The position numbers were made by a program, and so were the translations under genes. Under the pieces are notes generated by a model. That model saw nothing but the letters and a program-made list of their open reading frames with translations, searched no databases and was not told the DNA's origin. Below are positions 13,169-25,639 of a stretch of 53,082 nt of DNA, piece after piece (position 1 is the first letter of the stretch; every line of letters starts with the position of its first letter). The DNA comes from Octopus sinensis. Its lineage: Eukaryota. The stretch is from contig NW_021833894.1 in assembly GCF_006345805.1 (NCBI RefSeq), positions 1-53,082 of the forward strand, written 5' to 3'.

Positions 13169-13344
13169 AAAACTTACTTGGAGGAAAAGAAACGAAGGAA
13201 TCGAATATATATATATATATTATATATATATATATACACCCACACTCATATATACATGTAAATATATATTTATATGTATACATACATATGTCTCTATGAT
13301 CTTGTGTTTGCTGTTAATATGCACATATGCTTGTAATATATATC

Positions 13345-13383
<39 letters not shown>

Positions 13384-13404
13384 TATATCTATATATATAT
13401 ATAG

Positions 13405-13441
<37 letters not shown>

Positions 13442-14508
13442 TATAGATATATAAATGTATATATATATATATATATATATATATCTGTCTGTGTATGCGT
13501 TTCAGCAAAGATTCAATCAAAAGTAATTATGTTATACATAGACCCAATGCCACACAAACTGGAGAGGTCACAGCCCAATATATTGATCCAATTGTCTGAA
13601 TAGTTCATATTTACTATAACATATTTACTGTAAACTATTTTCGCTAGAATCATCATCTTATTTCTTTTCTCTTCCTCATTTAATACTTTTCAAAAGGCGG
13701 TATGTTATACAGTTTGCTTTCGTCTTCAGAAAAGGAAATCAATTTAGAAGCTTCTGTGACAAGTCATAAATAAGAAAAAGAAAGAGACTTGGAATATATA
13801 CTAAATTAAGCTTACTATATTTTAGAAATTCTGCTAAAATATCTACCCAGATTTGAACTTGGAACATATACGTATGTAGTTTAGTGCCGTAACAACCAGT
13901 CATTTTGATTCATAGAAGAAAAAAAACAGACTATAATGATATAAAAGGAAACAAAACGGTTTGATGAAACAGAAAGTGAAAGTTGAAATAGTAATAGCCG
14001 GATTAAATGGTAGAAGTCAAGTAAGGAAGTGGAGGTGGATCAGGAGGTGATGGAGGAGTAGGAGTAGAAAACAGAGGAGGAATTGGAGGAGTAAGAGGAG
14101 GAGAAGAAGGATGAAGAGACACCGGAATAGTTTGCTTTGTTAAAAGGAAATTTGTAAGCGTGATTCAGACTGAGAAATAAAAAGAGATTTGAAAATCGAG
14201 TTAGGTTAGATAGAGATGTAAAGATATATGAAGGACAGATAAATAAAAAGAAAAGAGAGAATGAAGGAGAAACATATGTGTGTGTGTGTGTGTATGTATG
14301 TGTGCAAATGAGAGAGTCGTTAGGGGTAGAAAACGCTTTTAGAAAAGTATAATGTAACGTGAAGGGTGGGGTCCTAACAGCTAATAACAGCTGAAACAAT
14401 AAAGATGAAGGCAAACAGAGTGACAGATGGATTGTTAGTTTAATAGTCCGGAAGAAAGAACACATCTGAAATCCGTCTATGCAGACAGTCATTCTGCACA
14501 ATTCTCAC

Positions 14509-14547
14509 CATTATATCACTATTTTCCGAGTCGCCACTTTCCGCCAT
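14509..14547 (-). CDS. Candidate first coding exon of an unidentified host gene, MAESGDSENSDIM, phase-0 donor
   Basis: ATGGCG start at 14547 with an in-frame TAA two codons upstream. Ends ATG|GTGAGA at 14509/14508. Lies in non-repetitive CpG-rich sequence. No downstream exon identified. Confidence 0.5.
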
Positions 14548-14990
14548 CGATTACCCGTCGTTTCCTAAGTTATTGTTTCTTTGTTGGTTTTTATCCAGTT
14601 TTTCTTTTCCTTTTTTTTTTTGTTTTTCGTCCGCTGAAACAAAACTATGCGGATGTAATGGTTGCCGGTGCGTCATTCGTTACCAGCGAAACAAACCTTT
14701 CAAAACTAACAACCTCACATGCTCACACGCCGATGGAGTAATTTTTACTGTTGTAACCTTCCGCCACGAACAAACACATAGACCAAACAGTGATGGACAC
14801 TTAGTCCCATCTCTAATGAGTGATCGCGGCTTCTGATGAAGAAAAAAAAGACGAAAAACGTAAAACTAAAATTTAAAATATCCAAAATACAACAAGGTAA
14901 AACAAAACGATCCAGGCGAAGTAACCGCCATTAAAACTTAGGATGCGAAATCGGCAAATTTTGAGAACATAACCCAACGCATGCGTAAAT
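14548..14990 (-). promoter_or_regulatory. Candidate CpG-rich promoter and 5' UTR
   Basis: About 30 CpGs in ~470 bp of unique sequence. NRF1-like palindrome ACGCATGCGT at 14977-14986. YY1-like AATGGCGG (minus) at 14925-14932. Confidence 0.5.
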
Positions 14991-15094
14991 ACAAGGAATA
15001 GGAATTACGTATTTACATTTATGTCAGTACGCGTATGTTTTGTTTTATAGGTGGCAATGGAAGTGAGTATAATTTGTGTGTGTGGTGGGGGTGT

Positions 15095-15152
<58 letters not shown>

Positions 15153-15661
15153 GTGTGTGTGTGTATGTATGTATATATATGTGTGTGTGTATATACATAT
15201 AGGTGTATACATATATATGTATATATATATACATATATATATGTATATATATATATTTATATATATTTATATATACGTTTATATAAATATATTTTTACTA
15301 TATGTATATGTTCTTGCGGTTGCCTTTCTCTGCATTTGACAAACTATTAATAAGAAAGGGAGGTAAAGCCACATATGTATAAAATTACTTTAAAAGCGTT
15401 TTAACTTAAACATGTACCAAAAACTTCAAATGGTTTTGTAAATTCGAAAACTAAAAAAAAAACAAGCGAAAAAAACAACAGAACAACACCTAATTCATAC
15501 TTTATACAATTTACATACACACATATACACGAAACACGTACAGAAGCATATACATACAAACAAACTAACATATACAATATATTTACGTAGATACATAGAT
15601 TTACACACATATGTGTGTATGTATATATATATTTATATATATTATATACGTATATACATAT

Positions 15662-15702
<41 letters not shown>

Positions 15703-16129
15703 GTATTATATATACAATTATATATATATACATATATCCACGTGAATATATGTATGTGTATGTATATATATATATTTATATATATGAATGTATGTATGTA
15801 TATTTATACACCTACACACGTGGGCATATATATCTTAAAATGAAACAGAACAATCGAATACTTACAAAGCAAAACAACTTAATTGAATTCCGTTAAACCT
15901 AGAATTTACCGAAAGGCCGATCCTACGTCAGTTGCGACGATGAATATTCCAGAAGTTCGACCACATATACTATCTACTATTAGCAATCTGAGTGGGCAGA
16001 CGGCAAGAGCGAATGGCAAGGTCAACGTCAGTGGCAATTTGAATGTTAGCAGTAGGATGAAGTACCGCTAAGCACTACGTCCGGTGTGCTAACGACTCTG
16101 CCAATGCGATGACATCAAGAACATTATAA

Positions 16130-16470
16130 TTCTTTTTAATTTTAGCACTTGGTCAGGAATTTTAGATTTAGGGGAAAAGTTCAATTACATCGATCCTAGT
16201 GTTCAACAGGTACTTATTTTATCGATCTCGAAAGAATCAAAGGCAGAGTCAATATCGCTGAAATTTCAAATCAGAACGTAAAAAGCCGGAGGACATACCA
16301 AACCTACTGTTCTGCGCAACGGCACACCTGTCTATTCCCCGCCATCAAGGCCGATATGATATTGGGTTCAAATTTTGACAGAAAGCCGACAAATTCGGGG
16401 GTGGGGGTAAGTCGATTACATTGCCCTCCCCCAGTAGTCAACTGCTACTTATTTTATCGATCCCGAAATA
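16130..16470 (-). mobile_element. Two decayed SINE family A fragments
   Basis: ATTACATCGATCCTAGTGTTCAACAGGTACTTATTTTATCGATC and GTAAGTCGATTACATTG..CTACTTATTTTATCGATCCCGAAA. Confidence 0.7.
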
Positions 16471-17330
16471 TGGAGTCTTGTCTCCGTTATTCGAAGTTAT
16501 TCCAGTTTGTGGGTGCTATGCAAAAAAGGCGAAATGAATTAAACAAGAGATGCCTGGTATGGCTGTGCTATCGAGAAGCGCTACCCGTTCGGGATAAGCT
16601 GTACAGGCATGGCTCGAAAATCATCGAACCGACCTGCCCAGAGCGACAAAACCGTTCTGCACGCACTCGTGCAGTGTCCAACCATTTCGGACCTGTGGGC
16701 TTATGTCGAACGACTGCTATCGTGTGTGAGCCGAGTCGGTTTATCAGCCGAGTCTATCGTCAATATTGTCGCACCTCTTTCCTTTAAACGGAAAAGAGCC
16801 ATTTTCATCGTACTTGTGGCTATGGCGAAAGAATGTGTATGGTGGACGCATCAGAAAAGCCTAGAGACAAACACTTTCCTCTCTGATCAATCTCTCATCA
16901 ACTTCTTCAAGTATCACTTGAAAACGGTGAGAGTAGAGAAGGAAGTTTTGTCTAGCGAATGTTTCAATAAAAGGTGGGTGAATCTAGCAAGTATGGTACG
17001 TGTGAATGACGGAGCCACCTTGAGCATAATCCTAGGAACCAGAAAAACAAAGAAAAAAAGAGAGTAATTTACTGTAATGTGTCTTTGTATGTTATTATTG
17101 CCCTTGGTTACCGTGGTCCTGTTTTTTTTAGATTTATGATATTTTCTGTGATACACAATTCCTTTTGATACGCGGTTTTTTCCTCTTTTTTCCTTTTCCT
17201 CTTCCTTCCTTTTTTTTTCACGATCCCTTTTGATCGGAATTTTATTTTACTCCTTTTTTTTTCAAAATGAAAAGCTCTACATTGTATTTTGTCTCCTCTG
17301 CGTTCGGCCCTGTGTGGCTAATAAAGAAAC
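16470..17330 (+). mobile_element. Tx1/L1-type LINE, 3' fragment (zf-RVT C-terminus plus pyrimidine-rich 3' UTR)
   Basis: Frameshifted peptide ALPVRDKLYRHGS..PTCP / KTVLHALVQCPTISDLWAYVERLL..AKECVWW. Ends GCTAATAAAGAAA next to a microsatellite. Confidence 0.8.
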
Positions 17331-17335
17331 CTCTC

Positions 17336-17366
<31 letters not shown>

Positions 17367-17386
17367 CTCTCTCTCTCTCTCTCTCA

Positions 17387-17460
<74 letters not shown>

Positions 17461-17474
17461 CTACCTATCCATCC

Positions 17475-17568
<94 letters not shown>

Positions 17569-18397
17569 TTATCTATCTGCGAATGTGTCGGTTGTGTTTG
17601 TGTGGGCATACATATGTATAAACCTACATACGTTATGTATGTATGTATGTATGTATGTCATTATTCAGTTCTCTTTCACGAATTTTTGCTAATAGAGAAG
17701 AGCCGGTTTCTAACGTAGATTCAAGGCTCCTTCATTGGAATTTCAACAACATCAATAGGGTGTGTGTATGTATGTATGTATGTATGTATATATGTATGTA
17801 TACGTGCAGATTCGTATGTTTTATTTCATGTACGTATTCTCATGCATATCTAGACATGGTATGTATGTATTGAATGTGTATAGATTGATGTATGGATGGA
17901 TGCATGCATGCATGATTGTATATCAGTATGTTTGTATGTATGCGTGTATGTTGGTGCATTTCGAAGATTTTCAACGATAACGCTATGTCGGTGACCTTTA
18001 CACTTTGTGAAGGATATTTGCCTGACCAATGAAAGTTTGATTTTACTGAGAGTTTTAACTAAATGCAGAGTTAAGCCGATTATCTTAGATTTAACGAAAG
18101 GGTTATCATCTGTCTATTACTGATTGGACACACAGAACACGATTTTGAATGTCGCAGCTGAGATTATATTTTGGTTTGCATAGTTGTATTCTGTTTTGCA
18201 GAACTAGGATGCTTAGTCAATGTTTAGAAATAGCCACCAAAGCATCCTCAGATAGCAATTTATAGAGTGTATACCAAAATATATGTGTACGCACAATATG
18301 TACATACCATACGTGTATAAACACACACCATGGTCATAACACATATGCAAACATGCTCAGATACAACCATACATACACACGCGCGCGCGCATAATAT

Positions 18398-18443
<46 letters not shown>

Positions 18444-18556
18444 ATATATATAATATAATACTTATTTGAGGGAATATTAATCCTAACTTACAGGAAACAA
18501 TTCAATTTAGAAATACTAAATCAAATTCACACAATATAAATATATATATATATATA

Positions 18557-18880
18557 TATAAATTTGAAAAAACACCTTTTATCAATTCAAAATGAACAAT
18601 TAAATTACACCATCTAGAAAATTACATGTAATAGAAATATTAAAATTAAAATACCAATAAAATACGAATGATTAAGTAAATTGCAAAAAATATAATAAAA
18701 ACGTATATAATTGTTATTCTACCAATTATATACGTTTTTATTATTTTTTTGCAATTTACTTAATCATTGGTATTTTATTGTTATTCTAATTTTAATATTT
18801 CTATTACATGTAATTTTCTAGATGGTGTAATTTAATTGTTCATTTTGAATTGATAGAAGTTGTTTTTTTCTAATTTTATA
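18557..18880. repeat. Fold-back element: ~155-bp inverted arms (~95% identical) with a loop under 10 bp
   Basis: Centre ACGTATATAATTG-ttattctac-CAATTATATACGT at ~18701-18735. Arms aligned by eye. Confidence 0.92.
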
Positions 18881-19292
18881 TATATAGATATATATATATA
18901 TTTATATATATTATGATAAAGGGTAAAAATCATTAACGATTTTATCACGGTGTCAGTGCGGCAATAAAAACCTTATACAAATATTTTAATAATTATATAC
19001 ATAATTATAACAAGGAATTGGCTAAAAGCGTTTCTACCCGCTGGAAAAAATAGACGCCAAACGACGCTATTACCACTTTAAAATCTCCGACAATAACACA
19101 CTGGATTGTTGGTGAGCAAAAGAAAGATAATGAATTAAACCTTTGGTTAACCGTGTACAAGATCCTGTTTCAAACTGAAAGTAAAAATATATTACTCACT
19201 CTCATCACCAACGATATTCCTTATAGTATATTTACGAGTATCAATACACATACACATATGAGCGTGCATATACATACATACATACATACATC

Positions 19293-19348
<56 letters not shown>

Positions 19349-19399
19349 CATAATATATGTTGTATAAGATTTTTTATGTGAGCGTGTGTTGAAACAGAT

Positions 19400-19706
19400 T
19401 TGTTATATTTCGGAATGATTTGCCAGTTTGGGCCAATAAAACACCGCACTATATTTTGGTGTTACTTTCTTCAGTGTTATTTATTTTTTACATTAATCTT
19501 AATCTTATTTCGGCCAGAGTTCTTTCGTCACACTCCTGTGACCGCATCAGTGGTCTTTGTCTTCTTCTTACTTACTTGTGTCTCTCCTTACTAACCGTCA
19601 GCCATTTTGTATACAATAAATAACACTGAAGCAAAGTAACACCAAATATATAGTGCGTGTGTTTTATTGGCTAAACTGGCAAAATGACCATTCCGAAATA
19701 TAACAA
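19400..19706. mobile_element. MITE-like element with ~90-bp terminal inverted repeats
   Basis: Left TTGTTATATTTCGGAATG..TTTGCCAGTTT..GCCAATAAAACAC..GCACTATA..TTTGGTGTTACTTT..CTTCAGTGTTATTTATT. The reverse complement is at ~19615-19706. Confidence 0.85.
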
Positions 19707-19728
19707 TATGTATATACATATATATATA

Positions 19729-19778
<50 letters not shown>

Positions 19779-19857
19779 GTATATATATATATATATGCGC
19801 GCGTTTATGTATGCCTGTAAGTGAGTGAGTTTGTTTGCGTATGTGTGTGTATGAAAT

Positions 19858-19888
<31 letters not shown>

Positions 19889-19894
19889 CTAGTA

Positions 19895-20490
19895 CATACT
19901 AATACTTAACACCAACCCTATACATACACACGTCCAGACCCCGCATACGCACTTATACTCTCACACACACACACACACACACACCTATACATACCAATAC
20001 GTACTAATACATACTAATACATACTATAATACATACACCAACCCCATACATACGCACGTCCAGACCATCTTACGCACTAATACTCTCTCATACACACACA
20101 CACACACACACACACCCTTATACATACTAATACATACACCAACCCTATACATACACACATCCAGACCCCTCCCACGCACTTTAGCTGGCCCTCAACCCTT
20201 TTATCAACCCTATTATCTCCCCTTATTTCGCTCTCGCGTCTCATGTTTGATCTTTGACCTCTGGCCGAAATCAGATCGCCATGTTGATTCGTTAGCTACT
20301 GCACGCATTTTTTTTCTCTCCTTCTTTCTGTGTTTTTCTCTCTCTTGTGTATCTTTCTGTTGAAGAGCGTAGGCTCGAAACGTTAAAAGACTTGTTTTAT
20401 TTATATTCCTGAGCGCGCATACTAATACAATTGTTCGTTTGTTTTCCACCTGCCTTCGTCTTTTGTTTATTTTCATAAAGCTTCCCGTTA
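19895..20490 (+). mobile_element. Non-coding element with three ~115-bp CA-rich tandem units and a hammerhead-like motif; possibly Penelope-derived
   Basis: CACCAACCCTATACATAC.CAC.TCCAGACC occurs three times (~19909, ~20036, ~20137). Motif CTGTTGAAGAGCGTAGGCTCGAAACGTTA at 20357-20385. Confidence 0.5.
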
Positions 20491-20514
20491 TATATATATT
20501 ATATCTATATATAT

Positions 20515-20549
<35 letters not shown>

Positions 20550-20552
20550 ACA

Positions 20553-20735
20553 CAGTAATCTCTCGACTATCGCAGGTGTTAGTTCCAACCCACCCCTCTG
20601 CGATAGGGGAAAATCCGAGTAGAAACATACTATATACTTTTAAAATTATGTAATTTGTATAAATGCAAACAACACCACAGAGGAATCAGTGTAGCTAAAT
20701 AATAAACCGCGATAAGTAAAATACATGGCGAGGTA
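20553..20735. mobile_element. Decayed pogo/Tigger-like MITE
   Basis: Starts CAGTAATCTCTCGACTATCGC, has internal GCGATA repeats, and an eroded right end CCGCGATAAGT..ATGGCGAGG. Confidence 0.55.
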
Positions 20736-21045
20736 TATGTATATATGTATATATTATATTGTATATATGTATATATATAATATATAATATATATATATAT
20801 ATATATATCTATTTTTTTTTTTATACATTAATAAGTACATTATATACATTATATATTCAATATACGGTATATATGTTATATATATGTCCGAAGGCGGCTT
20901 GGGTGGCCGAAACTTCGAAGTCACTACCAATACTATTGTTCTTGAAGGAAAATAGATTTGTACCCTACAAAAGTATGGAGTGATCAGATTCATGTAAAAT
21001 TGCTGTAATTTTAACTAAACATAAAAACAGACGCACGCACGCACA

Positions 21046-21091
<46 letters not shown>

Positions 21092-21240
21092 ACACACATA
21101 CACACACAGACACTCACACACACATGTGTCAAATATAGAACTGTCCATATTCATTAGGTATGCAACGAAATTCATGCTATACTCGTCGTTTTTTGTTTTT
21201 GTTTTGGGGGATATAAGTTTAATAAGTTTAATAAGTTAAA

Positions 21241-22170
21241 ATGCGTGACTTAACTGATTTTCAAAAAGGTCAATTGTTAAACCACAGAATTCTGGGAATG
21301 AGGTCGCTAAAACTGGTGAATTAGTAAATAAAACTAACTTTGCAAGCATTTGTTTGGCAGGTAACCAAATCTCACAGAGAGAGGTCGTAAAACAGTGATC
21401 TATATTGATTTTAAAAACCATCGAACGTTGAAACTTTCATGTTGCCAAACTTGCGCCAGTCAAAGCCGTTTGTTATGATCTAAAATTTGGATCCCCTGAG
21501 ATGGCCGCACTTGCTAAAGCGCTCCGGTCCCCACTATTGGCAAGCGGAATAAATGGGACCTCGATGATAATATTGGTCAATAGCTAAACAAAACAATGTT
21601 ATCTTTGATGAATCGTCATTCATCTCTTTTCCCAATTTCGGGGTAGGTTTATGTCTAGAGACTGCTCAAAGAATTCAGCTCTACGATTTTGTTTCCTATC
21701 ATGGAATTTTCTTGACTTTTTAATCGTTCTGCATGGCAGAGTTAACACTAAGAGGTATTTGACTGTTTTGGCAGATCACATCTGTCCTATGTTACGAGAA
21801 TTGTTTCTTGAAGTTTGCGCAGGCTTGCAGGATCATAAAGCACCGATTCCCACGGCTAATATTACTCAAAATTGGTACGAAGAACTCTGAAGCGAAGTAG
21901 AAGACTTAGATTAGATCCCACAATCAATGGATTTCAGTGTAATCAATCATGAGTCATTTTCGAGAACAAGTGCAGAACAGCTTCTATCCACCATCGTCGA
22001 TGAATGAACTAAAACGGACTTTTCTAGATGAGTTGCTTAATATTTCCCTAGCAACCGTTCAGAATCTGTAGGACTCAGTTCCAAGACGTATTAAAGACGT
22101 GACTGATGTCAAACAGGACCAACACCTTAATAAATTCTGTTTAACAAGGTATTTCCATTATTTTGCCCAA
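21241..22170 (+). pseudogene. Decayed Tc1-family transposase with a remnant right TIR
   Basis: MRDLTDFQKGQIV N-terminus; VIFDESSF (first D); GRVNTKRYLTVLADHICPM; LQDHKAPIPTA (second D); eroded PQS.D motif at ~21915-21945; GPTP end; TTTCCATTATTTTGCCC TIR-like sequence. Confidence 0.85.
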
Positions 22171-23101
22171 AATAAGGCGGTGAGCTGGCAGAATCCTTAG
22201 TACAACGGACAAAACGACTTTGCGTTCCCTTTCGGAATTGAAAAGATAAGTATCAGTTGATCCCTAGGGTCTATGTAATCAAATAAAACTAACCCTCGAA
22301 AATGTCGGGCTTTGCGTTATTATTGAAATACTTATTTTATACAAAGCGTGTGTTTGTACGTGCGTTTGTACGTGTGTTTGTACGCGTGTTTAAAGGTGTC
22401 TGAGTTCTATGACTGTGGAGGTCAACTTTGCGTTTAAATCCTTTCAGGCTCAATAAGAGAATACCAGATATGTACTGGGGTCCAAACCTTTTCGTTATTT
22501 TGTCTCTTCCTTTCTTTCTGTCTATCTATATCGTTTCTACAACGGATCGACTTTGGTCACATTTGGAGAAGGTAGGTCTCCTCCAACAACACTTCATATG
22601 CCATGATGGCGTCCCTAAGACTTTAGGCATGTGTGTGCATATGTCTGTGTATGTGCGTGAGTGCTTGTGTGCGTGTGTAACTCTTTCGTAATTGATTTAT
22701 CATTTCGTTCTTGCGTCTCTGTCTCTCTTTATCTATGTGACTGCAAGGCCTCTCTGTCCTTGCCAGTCTATCTCTCTCTGCTCACATTAACAATACACAC
22801 ACACACACTCTCATACGAAGACCGACGCATAGACACCTTCTTATCAATAACATCTACGCTTCTATATCCACAAACATACACCCCTGAGTGCAAATGTTAG
22901 TAAAGGCTTTCAAACGTGAACAAATGAATACAACTTAATCTATTGTAAAGATACATAGACTCGAAACTATTTCTTACATACATACACATAACAAATGTGA
23001 AACACATACAGAGATAGATACAAAAAGACACCTATGCGCGTTCTCCGACACACAGACACACACCGATACACATATACATATATGTAAGCGCGAGTGAATG
23101 G

Positions 23102-23146
<45 letters not shown>

Positions 23147-24125
23147 GGTGTGTGTGTGTGTGTGTGGTGTAACATATATTTACAGATATAATATATATAT
23201 ATGTATATGTATAAATATATATGAATGTATGTATACGTATATATATGCCTATTCATTTAAATATATTTGTGCGCATATATATATACATTTGTATCTGTAG
23301 GTATATATATTTGTGTATATACACCTATGTGTATAAATATATATATATGTGTGTGTGTATGTATGTGGGTATATGTGTATGTTTGTGTGTGTTTGTGTGT
23401 GTATATACCCTTGTATGTATCCATGCGTACATTTCTGCATGTGTGTGTTTGTGTATTTGTTCGTGTTGTGCTTGCGTGAACGTATTTTAGGCCTGTGTAT
23501 GCTGTTTGCATACACAGAACGAATGTATATAATTCCTGTCTATTCATTATTCATCATTCATTAATGTCTATCAACCAATATACACCGGTTACACAGAAAT
23601 AGACGGGCGACTCACAGTCGGAAATCAACCGATACCCTCAAACATGGTGATAAAAATATGTCTGCCATGGAGAGAAAAAGAGAGGAGACGAGACGGAATG
23701 AGATGAGATGAGATGAGATGAGAAGAGAAGAGAAGAGAGAAAGAGAGAGAAAGACTTGTGTTTATTTAGTTTGGGTTTTTACTTGTCGACACACAGATTA
23801 GCTTAAAAGGTTTTTAAGCGAAGTGGAACTCTGTTAGAATGTCGCCAGAGCTTAACACTAGCAAAGCTTCCAGTTGCCATTAACGTATCAACATGTCATA
23901 CTGTCCAGATAGTTGTTCTTATATGAAAACAAAATAAAAAACACAGACAAAAATACAACAAAACAGAAAGAAAAAAAAGAAATCTAGAAAAATAAAACAA
24001 AGAAAATATTTGCGACATACATACGTCCATTAAATAATCTGTTTTCACCCGGATGTAGCTTTTCGAAGCGCTGGCTTAAAGAGATGTTGCATTATGTTAT
24101 GTTGCTGGGCTTTATATATATATAC

Positions 24126-24159
<34 letters not shown>

Positions 24160-24554
24160 GTTTTCTCTTTTATTATTTTAATTTTCTTTTATTTTATGTT
24201 ATTTTATTTCCTCATTTGTTGTGATTTTACTGTGATGACTTTTTGTGGTATTAAGCGTAGAATCTAGTTGGTTCGTTGCGGAACGCCCGGAACTAAGTGT
24301 GTTGTTTCTACGTGGGCGCATGTACGCATAACTATTAATCTATCACATTCGGTCTTCCACCATGTATATATATATATAATATATATATATGTATATATAT
24401 ATATATACATACATATATATATATGTATATATAAATATATATACATGCACATATATATATATACATACACATATACATATATATATGTGTGTGTATGTAT
24501 ATATATCTATGTATGTATATAAGTATATATATATATCTATACCTATATCTATAC

Positions 24555-24678
<124 letters not shown>

Positions 24679-25639
24679 GTATATATATATATGTATCTAT
24701 ATATATATAATGTATATATATATATATATATATATATAATTATATATATATATATATATATGTATAAAGAGAGGGACGAGAAAACAGCGTCTCTAACCAC
24801 ACCTACGCGATTTATGTTTATATGTGTGTGTGTGTGTGTCTGTTTGTATGTATGTGTGTTTGTGTATCTATGAATGATGTAAGTATGTATTTAATTGTGT
24901 TTGTATACAGGTATGTACGTACGTGTATATTTATATATTCACCTTAGCCGCATTACACAACACATGTATACAAGTCTGTTTAATGTTGATCAGTTCACAG
25001 AACTATTTTTTACATGTTTCACTGTATGAACATGCGCTGGTAAATTTAAGTAAACTTAAATACACATACGCACGCGCAGACAAGCGTGCACACATACATA
25101 CAACACGCGCGGGTACATACACATCCTCCTATAGACACAGATATGTACACCATAAACACATACACATACACGGAAGCTCATATAGAAAAACTTCATATAT
25201 ATATACATACAGAAAACTAAACTGGACAATGGATTAAGAAACAAGGGACTGGATTTGTTAAAGTACCGCAGTCCAGAGGGCACAGAATTGTAGAACTCCA
25301 TTTGAGCGATATTCCGGTATAGCTTTCGCAATGCACCTGTGTATAGTCAGCTGGTCAATCTGACTGATGATAGCTTCGCGGTTCGAACTTTGGCAATCTG
25401 AGGTAAACAGCAGAAACAATATTTACAACCAGTTGTCAGTATAATTACTGTAAATACAAGAATTTAGGCTTAGAATGTATGAAACATCAAAATGATCTCT
25501 ATGAGACGTAACTTTTGAATACGTTAATGGCTCTAATCGGATCTAGCCAAATATCGCTAGTAATACAATTATTTAAAACTTTCCTGCAGAGTTACGAGTC
25601 TGTTTATCACTATCATTATTATCATTGCTATTATAATTA

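Noticed and set aside
14833-14858. CTGATGA...GAAA hammerhead-like spacing
   Set aside because: No stem II can form across the poly-A.
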